Position numbers and translations under genes: made by a program. The notes below the pieces were generated by a model. The model saw only the letters and a program-made list of their open reading frames with translations, was not told where the DNA came from and made no database searches. Shown one piece after another: positions 8,730-17,011 of a DNA stretch of 57,988 nucleotides. The DNA is from an uncultured Campylobacterales bacterium (GTDB lineage: Bacteria; Campylobacterota; Campylobacteria; Campylobacterales; QNZT01): NCBI GenBank assembly GCA_964447385.1, contig CAYUSV010000001.1, forward strand, positions 1 through 57,988, in the 5' to 3' direction. Numbering within the stretch: the first letter of the stretch is position 1; each line of letters starts with the position of its first letter.

Positions 8730-10367
8730 TTAGTAAACATCATTCATTGTATTTGTGACATTAAATTTACCAGTTGGTGTGATAAGCCTCTTGTCATCAA
8801 TTACATTTTTAAGTTCAAGTGTATTTGAATCATAAACTAAGATTGGACTAGGTGTTAATTTGTTACCCCAAATACTCGTCCATACTTCACTACCATCAGC
8901 GTTAAACTCAAAGTGTACAGGTCCTCTTGCTTTAACTTTTGGATCTGCTGACTTAAGATATTTTTCATCGATTGGAAGAGTTTTTACAACTTCTAATTTA
9001 TCTTTGTCGATTACATATATCTGAGTCTGAAGTTTTCTATCTGGATTTACTGGACGATCAGCAAAGATATATTTGCTATTTGGATGTGTTTTTACAAACA
9101 AGTTTCCACCACCTTTACCTGGGAGTGCAAATTTTTTGACAACCTTCCAAGCGTTTTCTGGATGACCAACTGGATCAGTTCCGATTGCAACTATATCATT
9201 TGAACCGATATGACCAGTGATCCAAATTGGTCCAAGTGTTTTATGATCTACATTGGCACCACGACCAGGGTGTGGTTTAATACCCTCAGAAGGGATATTT
9301 TTTACCAACTTACCCTCTTTAGTATCAATCACTGATATAATATTTCTAGCATTTGCAGCTGACATAAAGTATCTTTTACTTAAATCCCAACCACCATCAT
9401 GTAAAAATCTCTCAGCCTCTACCATTGTAATTTTAGGGTTTTTGACATTTGAATAGTCATACAACCAAACTTGACCAGTCTCTTTGATGTTGATTATCCA
9501 TTCTGGTTTTATATGAGATGCGATGATAGCAGCAACTCTAGCTTCTCTAGTATATACATTTTTATCAACGGTGTAACTAGCCGTTGATACAATTTTTATA
9601 GGTTCTAGTGTCTCCGCATCAACCGTTACGATAGATGGCGGCCAATAACAACCAATAACTGCATATTTATCTTTCCACTCACCAAATTTTGAAGTATCTA
9701 TACTTCTTGCGTCGTTACATGGTCTAAATTCAGCAACATTTTTAGGCTCACTCATCCAAAGATCGATAACAGAAGCTTTACCATCTCTTCCAATTACATA
9801 CATATATCGCCCACTAGCACTTGTTCGTGTGATATGTGTAGCGTATCCAGAAGGAACAACAGAAACTATTTTTTTAGTTTTACCATCAACGATAGCAATT
9901 TTTCCGACATCTCTTAATATGACAGCAAAATAATCTTTCCAATTTTTTGCCCCAGCCTCTGGTGCTGTTGGTCTATCTTTGACTGGAATTAATATTTTAT
10001 GACTTGCTTTCATATCTGCCATAGACTTTTCTGGTGGCATTGGCGCTTCAATTTGTATATATTTAGCCATTAGCTCAGTTTGAGCAGGCGTCAATTCTCC
10101 TGATTCACCCCAACCTGGCATTCCTCCTGGCGTTCCATCATTTATGATTATTTTAAGAGCATCTGTTCCAATTCCTTGAGACACTTTAGGCTCTAAAGAT
10201 GGTCCCAATGCTCCTTTTCTAAGCATTCCATGACAACCTGCACATCTATCAAAATAGACCTGTGTTGCTTCTTTCATTTGATCTTCCGATAGTTTAACTT
10301 CACTTGCTTGTAGCCCGATTGCTACAACACTCGTTGCAACTACCGTATTTAAAATCTTACTTAACAT
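8730..10367 (-). CDS. nirS: cytochrome cd1 nitrite reductase
   Basis: 545-aa ORF with a signal peptide, the haem-c motif CAGCHG, and d1 propeller blocks (KPHPGRGANV, FVKTHPNSKY). GGAGGA SD upstream. Confidence 0.95.
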   Translation of the reverse strand: MLSKILNTVVATSVVAIGLQASEVKLSEDQMKEATQVYFDRCAGCHGMLRKGALGPSLEPKVSQGIGTDALKIIINDGTPGGMPGWGESGELTPAQTELMAKYIQIEAPMPPEKSMADMKASHKILIPVKDRPTAPEAGAKNWKDYFAVILRDVGKIAIVDGKTKKIVSVVPSGYATHITRTSASGRYMYVIGRDGKASVIDLWMSEPKNVAEFRPCNDARSIDTSKFGEWKDKYAVIGCYWPPSIVTVDAETLEPIKIVSTASYTVDKNVYTREARVAAIIASHIKPEWIINIKETGQVWLYDYSNVKNPKITMVEAERFLHDGGWDLSKRYFMSAANARNIISVIDTKEGKLVKNIPSEGIKPHPGRGANVDHKTLGPIWITGHIGSNDIVAIGTDPVGHPENAWKVVKKFALPGKGGGNLFVKTHPNSKYIFADRPVNPDRKLQTQIYVIDKDKLEVVKTLPIDEKYLKSADPKVKARGPVHFEFNADGSEVWTSIWGNKLTPSPILVYDSNTLELKNVIDDKRLITPTGKFNVTNTMNDVY

Positions 10368-10440
10368 TATAATATGTCCTCCGTATAATCTCTGTATAAT
10401 TTACAATGAGTATAATGGTTCGGTTTGTTTTTCGGCAAAC

Positions 10441-10466
10441 ATGGGGGGACATTTATGTCCCCCCAT
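10441..10466. repeat. G/C-rich perfect palindrome or hairpin in the norB-nirS spacer
   Basis: ATGGGGGGACAT-TT-ATGTCCCCCCAT: 12-nt arms that are exact reverse complements (11-bp RNA stem with a 4-nt loop). Only a short T-run (TTT on the minus strand) follows, so it is not a classical terminator. Confidence 0.6.
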
Positions 10467-10496
10467 TAGAACGATTTTACTCATATAACAGCTTTA

Positions 10497-10649
10497 CTAT
10501 TTTCCTTCGGCTAATCTTTTCTTCTCACTACTATAGATAAAAAACATAGGAATAACTATAATTGTATGAAGAAAAATCGTTAACAACATAGGATATTGGT
10601 TTAGTGTTCCAAAAAAACTAGGAACTATATCCGTAAACGGTTCAAACAT
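10497..10649 (-). CDS. unannotated 50-aa small membrane protein between norB and nirS
   Basis: Below the ORF-track size cutoff. My translation is MFEPFTDIVPSFFGTLNQYPMLLTIFLHTIIVIPMFFIYSSEKKRLAEGK*. It has one clear hydrophobic helix and a basic tail. A strong SD (AAGGAGA) lies 5 nt upstream of the ATG. Confidence 0.5.
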   Translation of the reverse strand: MFEPFTDIVPSFFGTLNQYPMLLTIFLHTIIVIPMFFIYSSEKKRLAEGK

Positions 10650-10672
10650 TGTATCTCCTTTCTAAGATATTT

Positions 10673-10697
10673 GTTGGGGAAAATCCCCCCCCCCAAC
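10673..10697 (-). repeat. homopolymeric C10 (G10 on the mRNA strand) tract inside a hairpin just after the norB stop
   Basis: GTTGGGG (10673-10679) can pair with CCCCAAC (10691-10697). The C-run spans 10685-10694 (10 nt), so several pairing registers are possible. It starts 1 nt after the norB stop codon and ends ~23 nt before the SD of the 50-aa ORF. Confidence 0.7.
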
Positions 10698-10698
10698 A

Positions 10699-12135
10699 TC
10701 ATTGAGCCTGTGCTGCCTCATTGATTTTTGCATTTTTCCCGATTGTTAAAAGATCTATAATCAAAAAGACAAAACCAGCTAACATAACTGCACCCATAAC
10801 AAGTCTCCATCCCATACCTTGCACAAACCAAAGTGCATTTTGTGAGATAAAGAAACCTTCCCAAGTTGCACCAAATTGTGCACGCTCTATAAGCACTTGA
10901 CCATATCCAGAGATAAGAAGTGCAACTGTCATTCCAAGCATACCGCCATTTAAAAGATACATTGACATTTTAAATGAGAATGTTGCTTTCAAAGTTTTAA
11001 CACCATAAGCACGCTGAAGTCCCATATAAAACATTCCTATTAGGATTGTTGCGTATGCACCCCAAAATGCTAGGTGACCGTGTGAAGATGTAAATTGTGT
11101 ACCGTGTGTATATATATTTACTTGAGGTAAGGTATGGAAAAATCCCCAAACACCAGCGCCCAAAAAGTTACCAAATGCATTAGCAATTATCCAAGCAAAA
11201 GCAGGAGTGTTTGCCAGTGTTGTTTTACCGTGTTTTCCAGACTCTTTACCCCAATCATATATAACATGAACAAGCATTGCTACGAGTGGAACAGGTTCTA
11301 ACGCTGAAAATAGTGCACCAATTTCCCACCAGTACTCAGGTGTACCAATCCAGAAGTAGTGATGTCCCATACCAAGTATTCCTGAACCAAAGAGCATTGC
11401 AACTTCAATCCATAACCACATCTCAACCACTTGTCTTTTTGCACCAAGAATTTGTATTAATGACCAAGCAACAAGAGTTGCGACATATACTTCCCAAGTA
11501 GCTTCAACCCAGAGGTGTATTACCCACCACCACCAAAATTGATCAACGGAGATATTGTCTGTATAAAACATTCCACACAGATATATACCAGCAAGTGCTA
11601 AAAGATCTGCCATCATTACTGTCATAATGCCTGTTCTTTTGCCTTTGATTGCTGTTGCATAAACATTGAAAACAAATCCAAGAACTACAACAACAATACC
11701 GATATCCGCCCATCTTGGAGCTTCTATATATTCTCTACCTTCGTGTATTAACCAGATACTAGCTTCAGTTCCTGCACCTACTTGAACAAATATATAAACA
11801 AGTACAACAACCGTAACAGCAGCAGTTAAAACCCAAAATAGAAGTTTACCTATACCAATTGCAACAGTTTCTATACCAGTTTCAGAAGGCAATAGCAAAT
11901 AGACTGATCCTATCATTCCATAGAGCATCCATACAACTAATGCATTTATATGTACCATTCTAGCAACTGAGAAATCAAAGATTTCAAATAAGAAGCTAGG
12001 ATATAAAAACTGAATAGCCGCTATAAGTCCCATCAAAAGTTGCGCACCTAGTAAAACAATAGCAACTCTATAATACATCATCGCCAATTCTTGGGATTTA
12101 TATTTAAGTTCGTGTGTTTTAATACTATTTACCAT
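10699..12135 (-). CDS. norB: nitric oxide reductase large subunit (cNOR, haem-copper oxidase superfamily)
   Basis: 478-aa polytopic membrane protein with conserved His blocks (MVHINAL, VIHLWVE, GMGHHYFWIG, SSHGHLAFWG). It overlaps the norC end by 11 nt. Confidence 0.95.
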   Translation of the reverse strand: MVNSIKTHELKYKSQELAMMYYRVAIVLLGAQLLMGLIAAIQFLYPSFLFEIFDFSVARMVHINALVVWMLYGMIGSVYLLLPSETGIETVAIGIGKLLFWVLTAAVTVVVLVYIFVQVGAGTEASIWLIHEGREYIEAPRWADIGIVVVVLGFVFNVYATAIKGKRTGIMTVMMADLLALAGIYLCGMFYTDNISVDQFWWWWVIHLWVEATWEVYVATLVAWSLIQILGAKRQVVEMWLWIEVAMLFGSGILGMGHHYFWIGTPEYWWEIGALFSALEPVPLVAMLVHVIYDWGKESGKHGKTTLANTPAFAWIIANAFGNFLGAGVWGFFHTLPQVNIYTHGTQFTSSHGHLAFWGAYATILIGMFYMGLQRAYGVKTLKATFSFKMSMYLLNGGMLGMTVALLISGYGQVLIERAQFGATWEGFFISQNALWFVQGMGWRLVMGAVMLAGFVFLIIDLLTIGKNAKINEAAQAQ

Positions 12136-12772
12136 GGATTGCTCCTTTTATTTTGCCAAAGTTTCTAGGGAAACCATTGGTGTCAATTGAGCTCATATGT
12201 TTCAAAAATGCTACAAGCCCTATTGCTTCATCTGCTGTGATACCAAGATTTGGCATCATTCTCGCATGTGTAGGATATTTTGAAGGGTGTTGTAGAAACT
12301 CCGCTATCGCTTCTTCCTTAGTGTTTTTACCAGTCATACCAAGATAACTTTCCCACGCAGGATCAAGCCATGCTTTTGTAAGATCTGGAGCATAATAAGC
12401 ACCATTTCCAAGAAGTGTATGGCAATTCATACAGTTTTTTGCCTGAGAAGTTAGTTTACCAAGGTTTAGCAAACCTGCTGCATCCTCGGGACTCCATTCT
12501 TTGCCAAAAAACGGCTCTTTTTCACCTATGATCGGTACTTCATGACCTCTCTTGTCACTCATCTCATAAGTGATTTTGTAATTGATTACCGTTGGAGCAG
12601 GGACTCTTTTGGTAATGCCACTCTTGAGATCCTCATCGGTTCCCATTGAAATCTGTGCTCCCGTATCAAAGGTGAGCCAAATGAGCAGTATTGCAGCAAC
12701 CCCAGTAACCCATCCGGCTGATCGTTGCCAAAAACGGTTACTTGCCCAAACAGATGTCGGTCTCTCTTCCAT
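12125..12772 (-). CDS. norC: nitric oxide reductase cytochrome c subunit
   Basis: 215-aa ORF with a single N-terminal TM helix and one haem-c motif, CMNCH. It lies immediately upstream of norB. Confidence 0.9.
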   Translation of the reverse strand: MEERPTSVWASNRFWQRSAGWVTGVAAILLIWLTFDTGAQISMGTDEDLKSGITKRVPAPTVINYKITYEMSDKRGHEVPIIGEKEPFFGKEWSPEDAAGLLNLGKLTSQAKNCMNCHTLLGNGAYYAPDLTKAWLDPAWESYLGMTGKNTKEEAIAEFLQHPSKYPTHARMMPNLGITADEAIGLVAFLKHMSSIDTNGFPRNFGKIKGAIHGK

Positions 12773-12796
12773 ATTTACCTCCTTAAAATGTGGTTT

Positions 12797-13123
12797 TTAG
12801 TGTTCATAAGCTTCGTGTGTCTTATTCATCAAAAAGTAGATAAAATGCGGAAACACCAAATATGCAACCATAGCCATTATCAGTACTTTTTGCGTAAAGG
12901 GATCACTCCCGATAAGAACAGTTAGAAGATGTAAACAATAAGCAAGCAAACCCCAAAACATATATGCAAATACCATATAGTGTTTTTTGAGTTTTTTGAT
13001 CTTTACAACCGTAAAGACACCAATATAGATGGCAGCTAAAATAACTACCAAACCACCCAAAACAAAGACGATTAAAAAATCATCTAAAGGAATTTCTGGT
13101 CTTAGTCTCACGATCTCATTCAT
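12797..13123 (-). CDS. small integral membrane protein (3 predicted TM helices), first gene of the nor transcription unit
   Basis: 108-aa ORF with three hydrophobic segments. AGGAG lies 6 nt upstream of the ATG. It sits 24 nt upstream of norC and directly downstream of the TTGAT-N4-GTCAA promoter. Confidence 0.6.
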   Translation of the reverse strand: MNEIVRLRPEIPLDDFLIVFVLGGLVVILAAIYIGVFTVVKIKKLKKHYMVFAYMFWGLLAYCLHLLTVLIGSDPFTQKVLIMAMVAYLVFPHFIYFLMNKTHEAYEH

Positions 13124-13152
13124 TGAATACTCCTTCGGACTCTGACAATAGC

Positions 13153-13194
13153 ATTATAAAATTTTCTAAAGCTTATTTCTTTGATGTAAGTCAA
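13153..13194 (-). promoter_or_regulatory. class-II FNR/DNR-type promoter of the nor operon
   Basis: TTGATGTAAGTCAA lies at 13181-13194. On the gene strand it reads TTGAC-TTAC-ATCAA, followed by 22 nt and then TATAAT (13158-13153). If the hexamer is -12..-7, the box centre falls at about -41.5. The predicted 5'UTR is ~23 nt and contains AGGAG. Confidence 0.75.
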
Positions 13195-13249
13195 TTTATA
13201 ATTAAAATTATATTAAATATAAATATTAGATTTAAATTTTGGTTTTTAA

Positions 13250-13903
13250 TTATTCAAAAATAGAGGTTATTTTTGTTGAGTCTAAGATATAAATACGGTA
13301 ATTTTTCTCTATTTTGATAAGTTTTGATTTTTTTAAGCGAGTTAGTATTCTTGAGAGAGTTTCAGGAGTGATATTTAGAATTGAAGCAATTTGTGTATTT
13401 TTAAGAGTTTCAAATAGTTCTCCATTTTCAACTATAAACTTTGCTACTTTTGCCTCTGAAGTGAGTATTACCTCTTTGTGTATAACATTTGAGAGGATTT
13501 TTATTTTTTTTGTTAGTGATTTGATGATTTCCATAGAGATATGTGGATTTTGAAAAAAATCTTTTTCAAGTTTTTTAAAATCTATTTTTAAGATTTGTCC
13601 ATTAGTCGTAAAGCGTGCAGTTGCTGGATAGTGCATATTTTCAAAACACGCAAGCTCTCCTACTAGTCCAATAGGGACAAATTGATGTATATATATCTCA
13701 TTACCCTTGGGATCGGTTTTATAAAGCCTAAGCACTCCATCAGTTAACACATATAAAGTACCAGGAGCGTCACCTTCGTAAAAAACAATTTCATTGGCAC
13801 CGTAAGATTTAAATTGGGATATACACTCTAAAGATCTTATATTTTGGTCACTCAAGTTGGAAAAAAGTGGTATATCTTTTATGCTGTTTATCATAGTTCT
13901 CAT
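13250..13903 (-). CDS. Crp/Fnr family transcriptional regulator (DNR/NnrR/NssR-like, no FNR Cys cluster)
   Basis: 217-aa ORF with a cNMP-binding-like beta-roll and a C-terminal HTH, IASILNITPETLSRILTRL, carrying the E--SR recognition motif used by FNR-type proteins for TTGAT half-sites. Only one Cys lies in the N-terminal region, so it is not an [4Fe-4S] FNR. Confidence 0.85.
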   Translation of the reverse strand: MRTMINSIKDIPLFSNLSDQNIRSLECISQFKSYGANEIVFYEGDAPGTLYVLTDGVLRLYKTDPKGNEIYIHQFVPIGLVGELACFENMHYPATARFTTNGQILKIDFKKLEKDFFQNPHISMEIIKSLTKKIKILSNVIHKEVILTSEAKVAKFIVENGELFETLKNTQIASILNITPETLSRILTRLKKSKLIKIEKNYRIYILDSTKITSIFE

Positions 13904-13928
13904 TTATTACAATTATTAGGATAATACA

Positions 13929-15446
13929 TTATACACTTTTTAACCGTAAAATTTGCCTTTTATTGTGTTTTGTAACTTTTTTTTTTCTAAGATCGGGAAT
14001 ATATGAGAGATAATCTCTTAGAAAATCTGGAATTTTTCTCCCATCTACTTTTATGATATCATTCATAATTGACTCTGCAATTTTTTGTTTATCAAAATTT
14101 TTATAACTAGTTAAATAGTCAAAAATAAATTCACTAAGACGATTTAGTGAAATTTGCCATGTTGATTCACTCTGTACATATATCCACTCACTAAAGTTGT
14201 AAAACCCCTTAAAAACATCATTTTCAAAGATATAATTGACTGTTTTTTGAAAATTACCGCTGTTATATGTTAAATTCCAAAATCTTGCAAATCGTTTCAT
14301 TTTTTGTATGGTTTCAAAATCCAAATGGTTATTTTTTAAAATATCATAAGGTGGTTTATCGCTATAAATTAATCCATATTTTTCATCATGACGATGCAAA
14401 GTTGTGCCAGATAATTTTTTTAAAATTCCAATCTGTATTTCTGAGTTTGTCATCGTTTTTAAACGATTTAAGTTTTTAGCGAAACTTTGCAACGATTCAC
14501 CAGGAAGCCCTACGATAAGATCAACATGCAGATGTGCTTTAGATTCATTTTCTAAAAATGCCAAGTTTTTTTTCACTTTGTTTAAATTCATCTTTCTGTT
14601 TATGTTTTCAAGCACTTCACTATTTAGAGTCTGGATACCTATCTCTAATTGCAGTGAAGCTGGTGGAAATTGTAAGATTTTTTCTTTTAATATATCTGGA
14701 AAATGGTCAGGAATGACTTCAAAATGTAATGAATATGGCTCTTTTTTAGAGAGAAAAAAGTCCATCAATGCATTTGCATTTTTAATATTCAAATTAAAGG
14801 TTCTATCGATAAATTTAAAATTTCTTGCCCCTCTTTTCCAAAGAGTTTCAAACTCCCCTAAAAGTTTTTCCATATCAAAATAACGCACCTTCTCATCTAT
14901 TGCAGAGAGACAAAATTCACATTCAAACGGACACCCTCGACTAGCCTCAACATACATGTAGCGATGTTTTACATCATGGCTACTATAGTAGCTATAAGGA
15001 AGTACCAGATCTTTTAGTTTAGGTGTAATTGCAGATATGATTTTTATATTGATATCTTTACACTCTAGTATATCTTTGCAAAGCTCGTAAAAACTGATCT
15101 CACCTTCTCCTTGGATTATAAAATCAGCAAGTGAAAAATTTACTCTAAAAGGTTGATGACTAACCTCAGGACCACCCAATACAATTTTTGTGTCAGGAGA
15201 GACTTTTTTGATGATTTCGATGAGATTATGCACATCTAAAGCGTTCCATATATATACACCTATACCGACAACTTTAGGCTTATGTTTTAAAATCTTCTCC
15301 GCTAAAGTTTGAGCTTGTTCATTTATAACAAATTCTAAAATTTTGCTTCTTATCTGTAACTCTTTTAAGTTTGCATAGAGGTATTTAAGACCTATCGAAG
15401 TATGAGTGTATCTGGAATTTATAGCAACAAGAACAATATCTTTCAT
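13929..15446 (-). CDS. B12-binding-domain radical SAM protein (DUF4080-type C-terminus)
   Basis: 505-aa ORF with an N-terminal Rossmann-like B12-binding region (IVLVAINSRYTHTSIGLKYL) and the radical SAM motif CPFECEFC (Cx3Cx2C). The long C-terminal extension has no assignable function. Confidence 0.7.
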   Translation of the reverse strand: MKDIVLVAINSRYTHTSIGLKYLYANLKELQIRSKILEFVINEQAQTLAEKILKHKPKVVGIGVYIWNALDVHNLIEIIKKVSPDTKIVLGGPEVSHQPFRVNFSLADFIIQGEGEISFYELCKDILECKDINIKIISAITPKLKDLVLPYSYYSSHDVKHRYMYVEASRGCPFECEFCLSAIDEKVRYFDMEKLLGEFETLWKRGARNFKFIDRTFNLNIKNANALMDFFLSKKEPYSLHFEVIPDHFPDILKEKILQFPPASLQLEIGIQTLNSEVLENINRKMNLNKVKKNLAFLENESKAHLHVDLIVGLPGESLQSFAKNLNRLKTMTNSEIQIGILKKLSGTTLHRHDEKYGLIYSDKPPYDILKNNHLDFETIQKMKRFARFWNLTYNSGNFQKTVNYIFENDVFKGFYNFSEWIYVQSESTWQISLNRLSEFIFDYLTSYKNFDKQKIAESIMNDIIKVDGRKIPDFLRDYLSYIPDLRKKKVTKHNKRQILRLKSV

Positions 15447-15545
15447 TTTGGTTAGGTAGTCACTTATTATTTAATTTGCCGTTACATTAGCATAATTTTG
15501 AAAAATTTTGATAAAATGTTAAAAATTAAATTTAAGGAGAGAGAA

Positions 15546-15893
15546 ATGAAGATGAAGTTTTATGCTATTGTATCTGCTTTTGTTCTTTTAATGATGACTG
15601 GATGTACACAAGAGACACAAAATAAGTTAGGTCGTGCGATTCAAAATTGGACTGGAACAGATGGTATTTTAGAAGTTTATGCCGGTGAAAAATTGGTGAA
15701 GAGATTTATGAAGATCGATAAACTCTCAACTGCTGTCAGTACAAATGGAGATGCTAGTCGTCCTTATCGTTTTGGATATGGTGTACTTGATGAAAATTTA
15801 AATGGTATTGTTGACAAAGATGAAAAGAGGGTCTATTTTGAGTTTAGTGATTATTCAACCTCTTATATTTTTTACGAAAATCCTAATAAGTAA
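15546..15893 (+). CDS. small lipoprotein, uncharacterised
   Basis: The track ORF starts at a TTG at 15498, but the ATG at 15546 follows AAGGAGAGAG. It gives MKMKFYAIVSAFVLLMMTGC, a lipobox (LMMTGC). Confidence 0.6.
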   Translation: MKMKFYAIVSAFVLLMMTGCTQETQNKLGRAIQNWTGTDGILEVYAGEKLVKRFMKIDKLSTAVSTNGDASRPYRFGYGVLDENLNGIVDKDEKRVYFEFSDYSTSYIFYENPNK

Positions 15894-15902
15894 GAAGGCT
15901 TG

Positions 15903-17009
15903 ATGGATACTATTTCACTGTTTGAAAAACTGCTTACATTTAAGTCAATAACGCCAGATGATGATGGAGCTTTTGATTTTATTGAGGCTTACATGTCTGG
16001 ATTTGAAGCTAAACGAATAGATGTGGATGAAGTTAAAAATTTATTTTTAGTTAAAAAATTTGGTGATGGTGATCATCTCTGTTTTGCTGGTCATATTGAT
16101 GTTGTGCCACCGGGTGATGGTTGGAGTAGTGATGCATTTGAACCCACACGAGTTGGAGATGAAATTATCGCTAGAGGAGCGCAAGATATGAAAAGTGGAG
16201 TAGCTGCTTTTTTAAATGCCTCTTGTGAAGCAGAAAATTTTAAAGGCACTCTTTCCATTCTTCTTACAAGTGATGAAGAGGGTGATGCAAAAAACGGTAC
16301 GATTAAGGTTTTAGAGTATTTAAAAGAAGAGAACCTTTTACCTGATTTTGTGGTAGTAGCAGAGCCTACATGTGAGAGTGTTTTTGGAGACTCTATCAAG
16401 ATAGGTAGAAGAGGATCTATAAATGGCATAATTGAAAAATTAGGCACACAAGGTCACGCTGCATATCCTGAAAAAGCTAACAACCCTATCCATAAAATTG
16501 CTGCAATATTGCCATATTTAGCAGGAATAAATCTCGATAATGGTGATGAAAATTTTGCACCTAGTCAATTTGTAATAACTGATATTAGAGCCGGCATGGA
16601 GGTTACAAATGTAACTCCAGGAAAGCTTAAAATGATGTTTAATGTTAGAAACTCTACCAAAACGGATAAAAAAGATATAATAGATTTTGTCCATAAATAT
16701 TTTAAAGAGATGGATTATTCTCTGATATTAAATCAGAGTGCAAAACCTTTTGTTACCAATCAAAATTCAAAGATTGTAAGACATATGATATCAGCTATAA
16801 AAGAGGTTACAGACAAAACAACTAAGCTTTCAACTGCAGGTGGTACTAGTGATGCCCGTTTTTTTGGTGAATACGGCATAGATACTGTAGAATTTGGCGT
16901 AATAAACGATACTATACATGCACCAAATGAGCGAACAACAGTCAAAGAAGTTGAAGATTTAAAAAGAGTCTTTGATATATTAATAAGAAATTTTTCAAAA
17001 GGGGATTAG
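15903..17009 (+). CDS. dapE: succinyl-diaminopimelate desuccinylase
   Basis: M20 peptidase blocks: FAGHIDVVPPGDGW, RGAQDMKSG, SDEEG. The ATG at 15903 lies 4 nt after AAGG; the track start, TTG at 15900, is less likely. Confidence 0.85.
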   Translation: MDTISLFEKLLTFKSITPDDDGAFDFIEAYMSGFEAKRIDVDEVKNLFLVKKFGDGDHLCFAGHIDVVPPGDGWSSDAFEPTRVGDEIIARGAQDMKSGVAAFLNASCEAENFKGTLSILLTSDEEGDAKNGTIKVLEYLKEENLLPDFVVVAEPTCESVFGDSIKIGRRGSINGIIEKLGTQGHAAYPEKANNPIHKIAAILPYLAGINLDNGDENFAPSQFVITDIRAGMEVTNVTPGKLKMMFNVRNSTKTDKKDIIDFVHKYFKEMDYSLILNQSAKPFVTNQNSKIVRHMISAIKEVTDKTTKLSTAGGTSDARFFGEYGIDTVEFGVINDTIHAPNERTTVKEVEDLKRVFDILIRNFSKGD

Positions 17010-17011
17010 TG

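Noticed and set aside
10699-12772. Apparent higher G+C of norCB as evidence of horizontal acquisition
   Set aside because: There are only spot counts: 28/60 G+C in line 11281-11340 of norB versus 18/60 in line 7201-7260 of the NirN-like gene. The amino-acid composition of a Gly/Ala/Trp-rich polytopic membrane protein could explain the difference. There are no flanking integrase, tRNA or direct repeats. It needs a proper windowed GC and codon-usage calculation.
14404-14883. 159-aa plus-strand ORF
   Set aside because: It is antisense within the radical SAM gene, whose own frame carries clear catalytic motifs. Its translation is Phe/Ser/Lys-rich low complexity.
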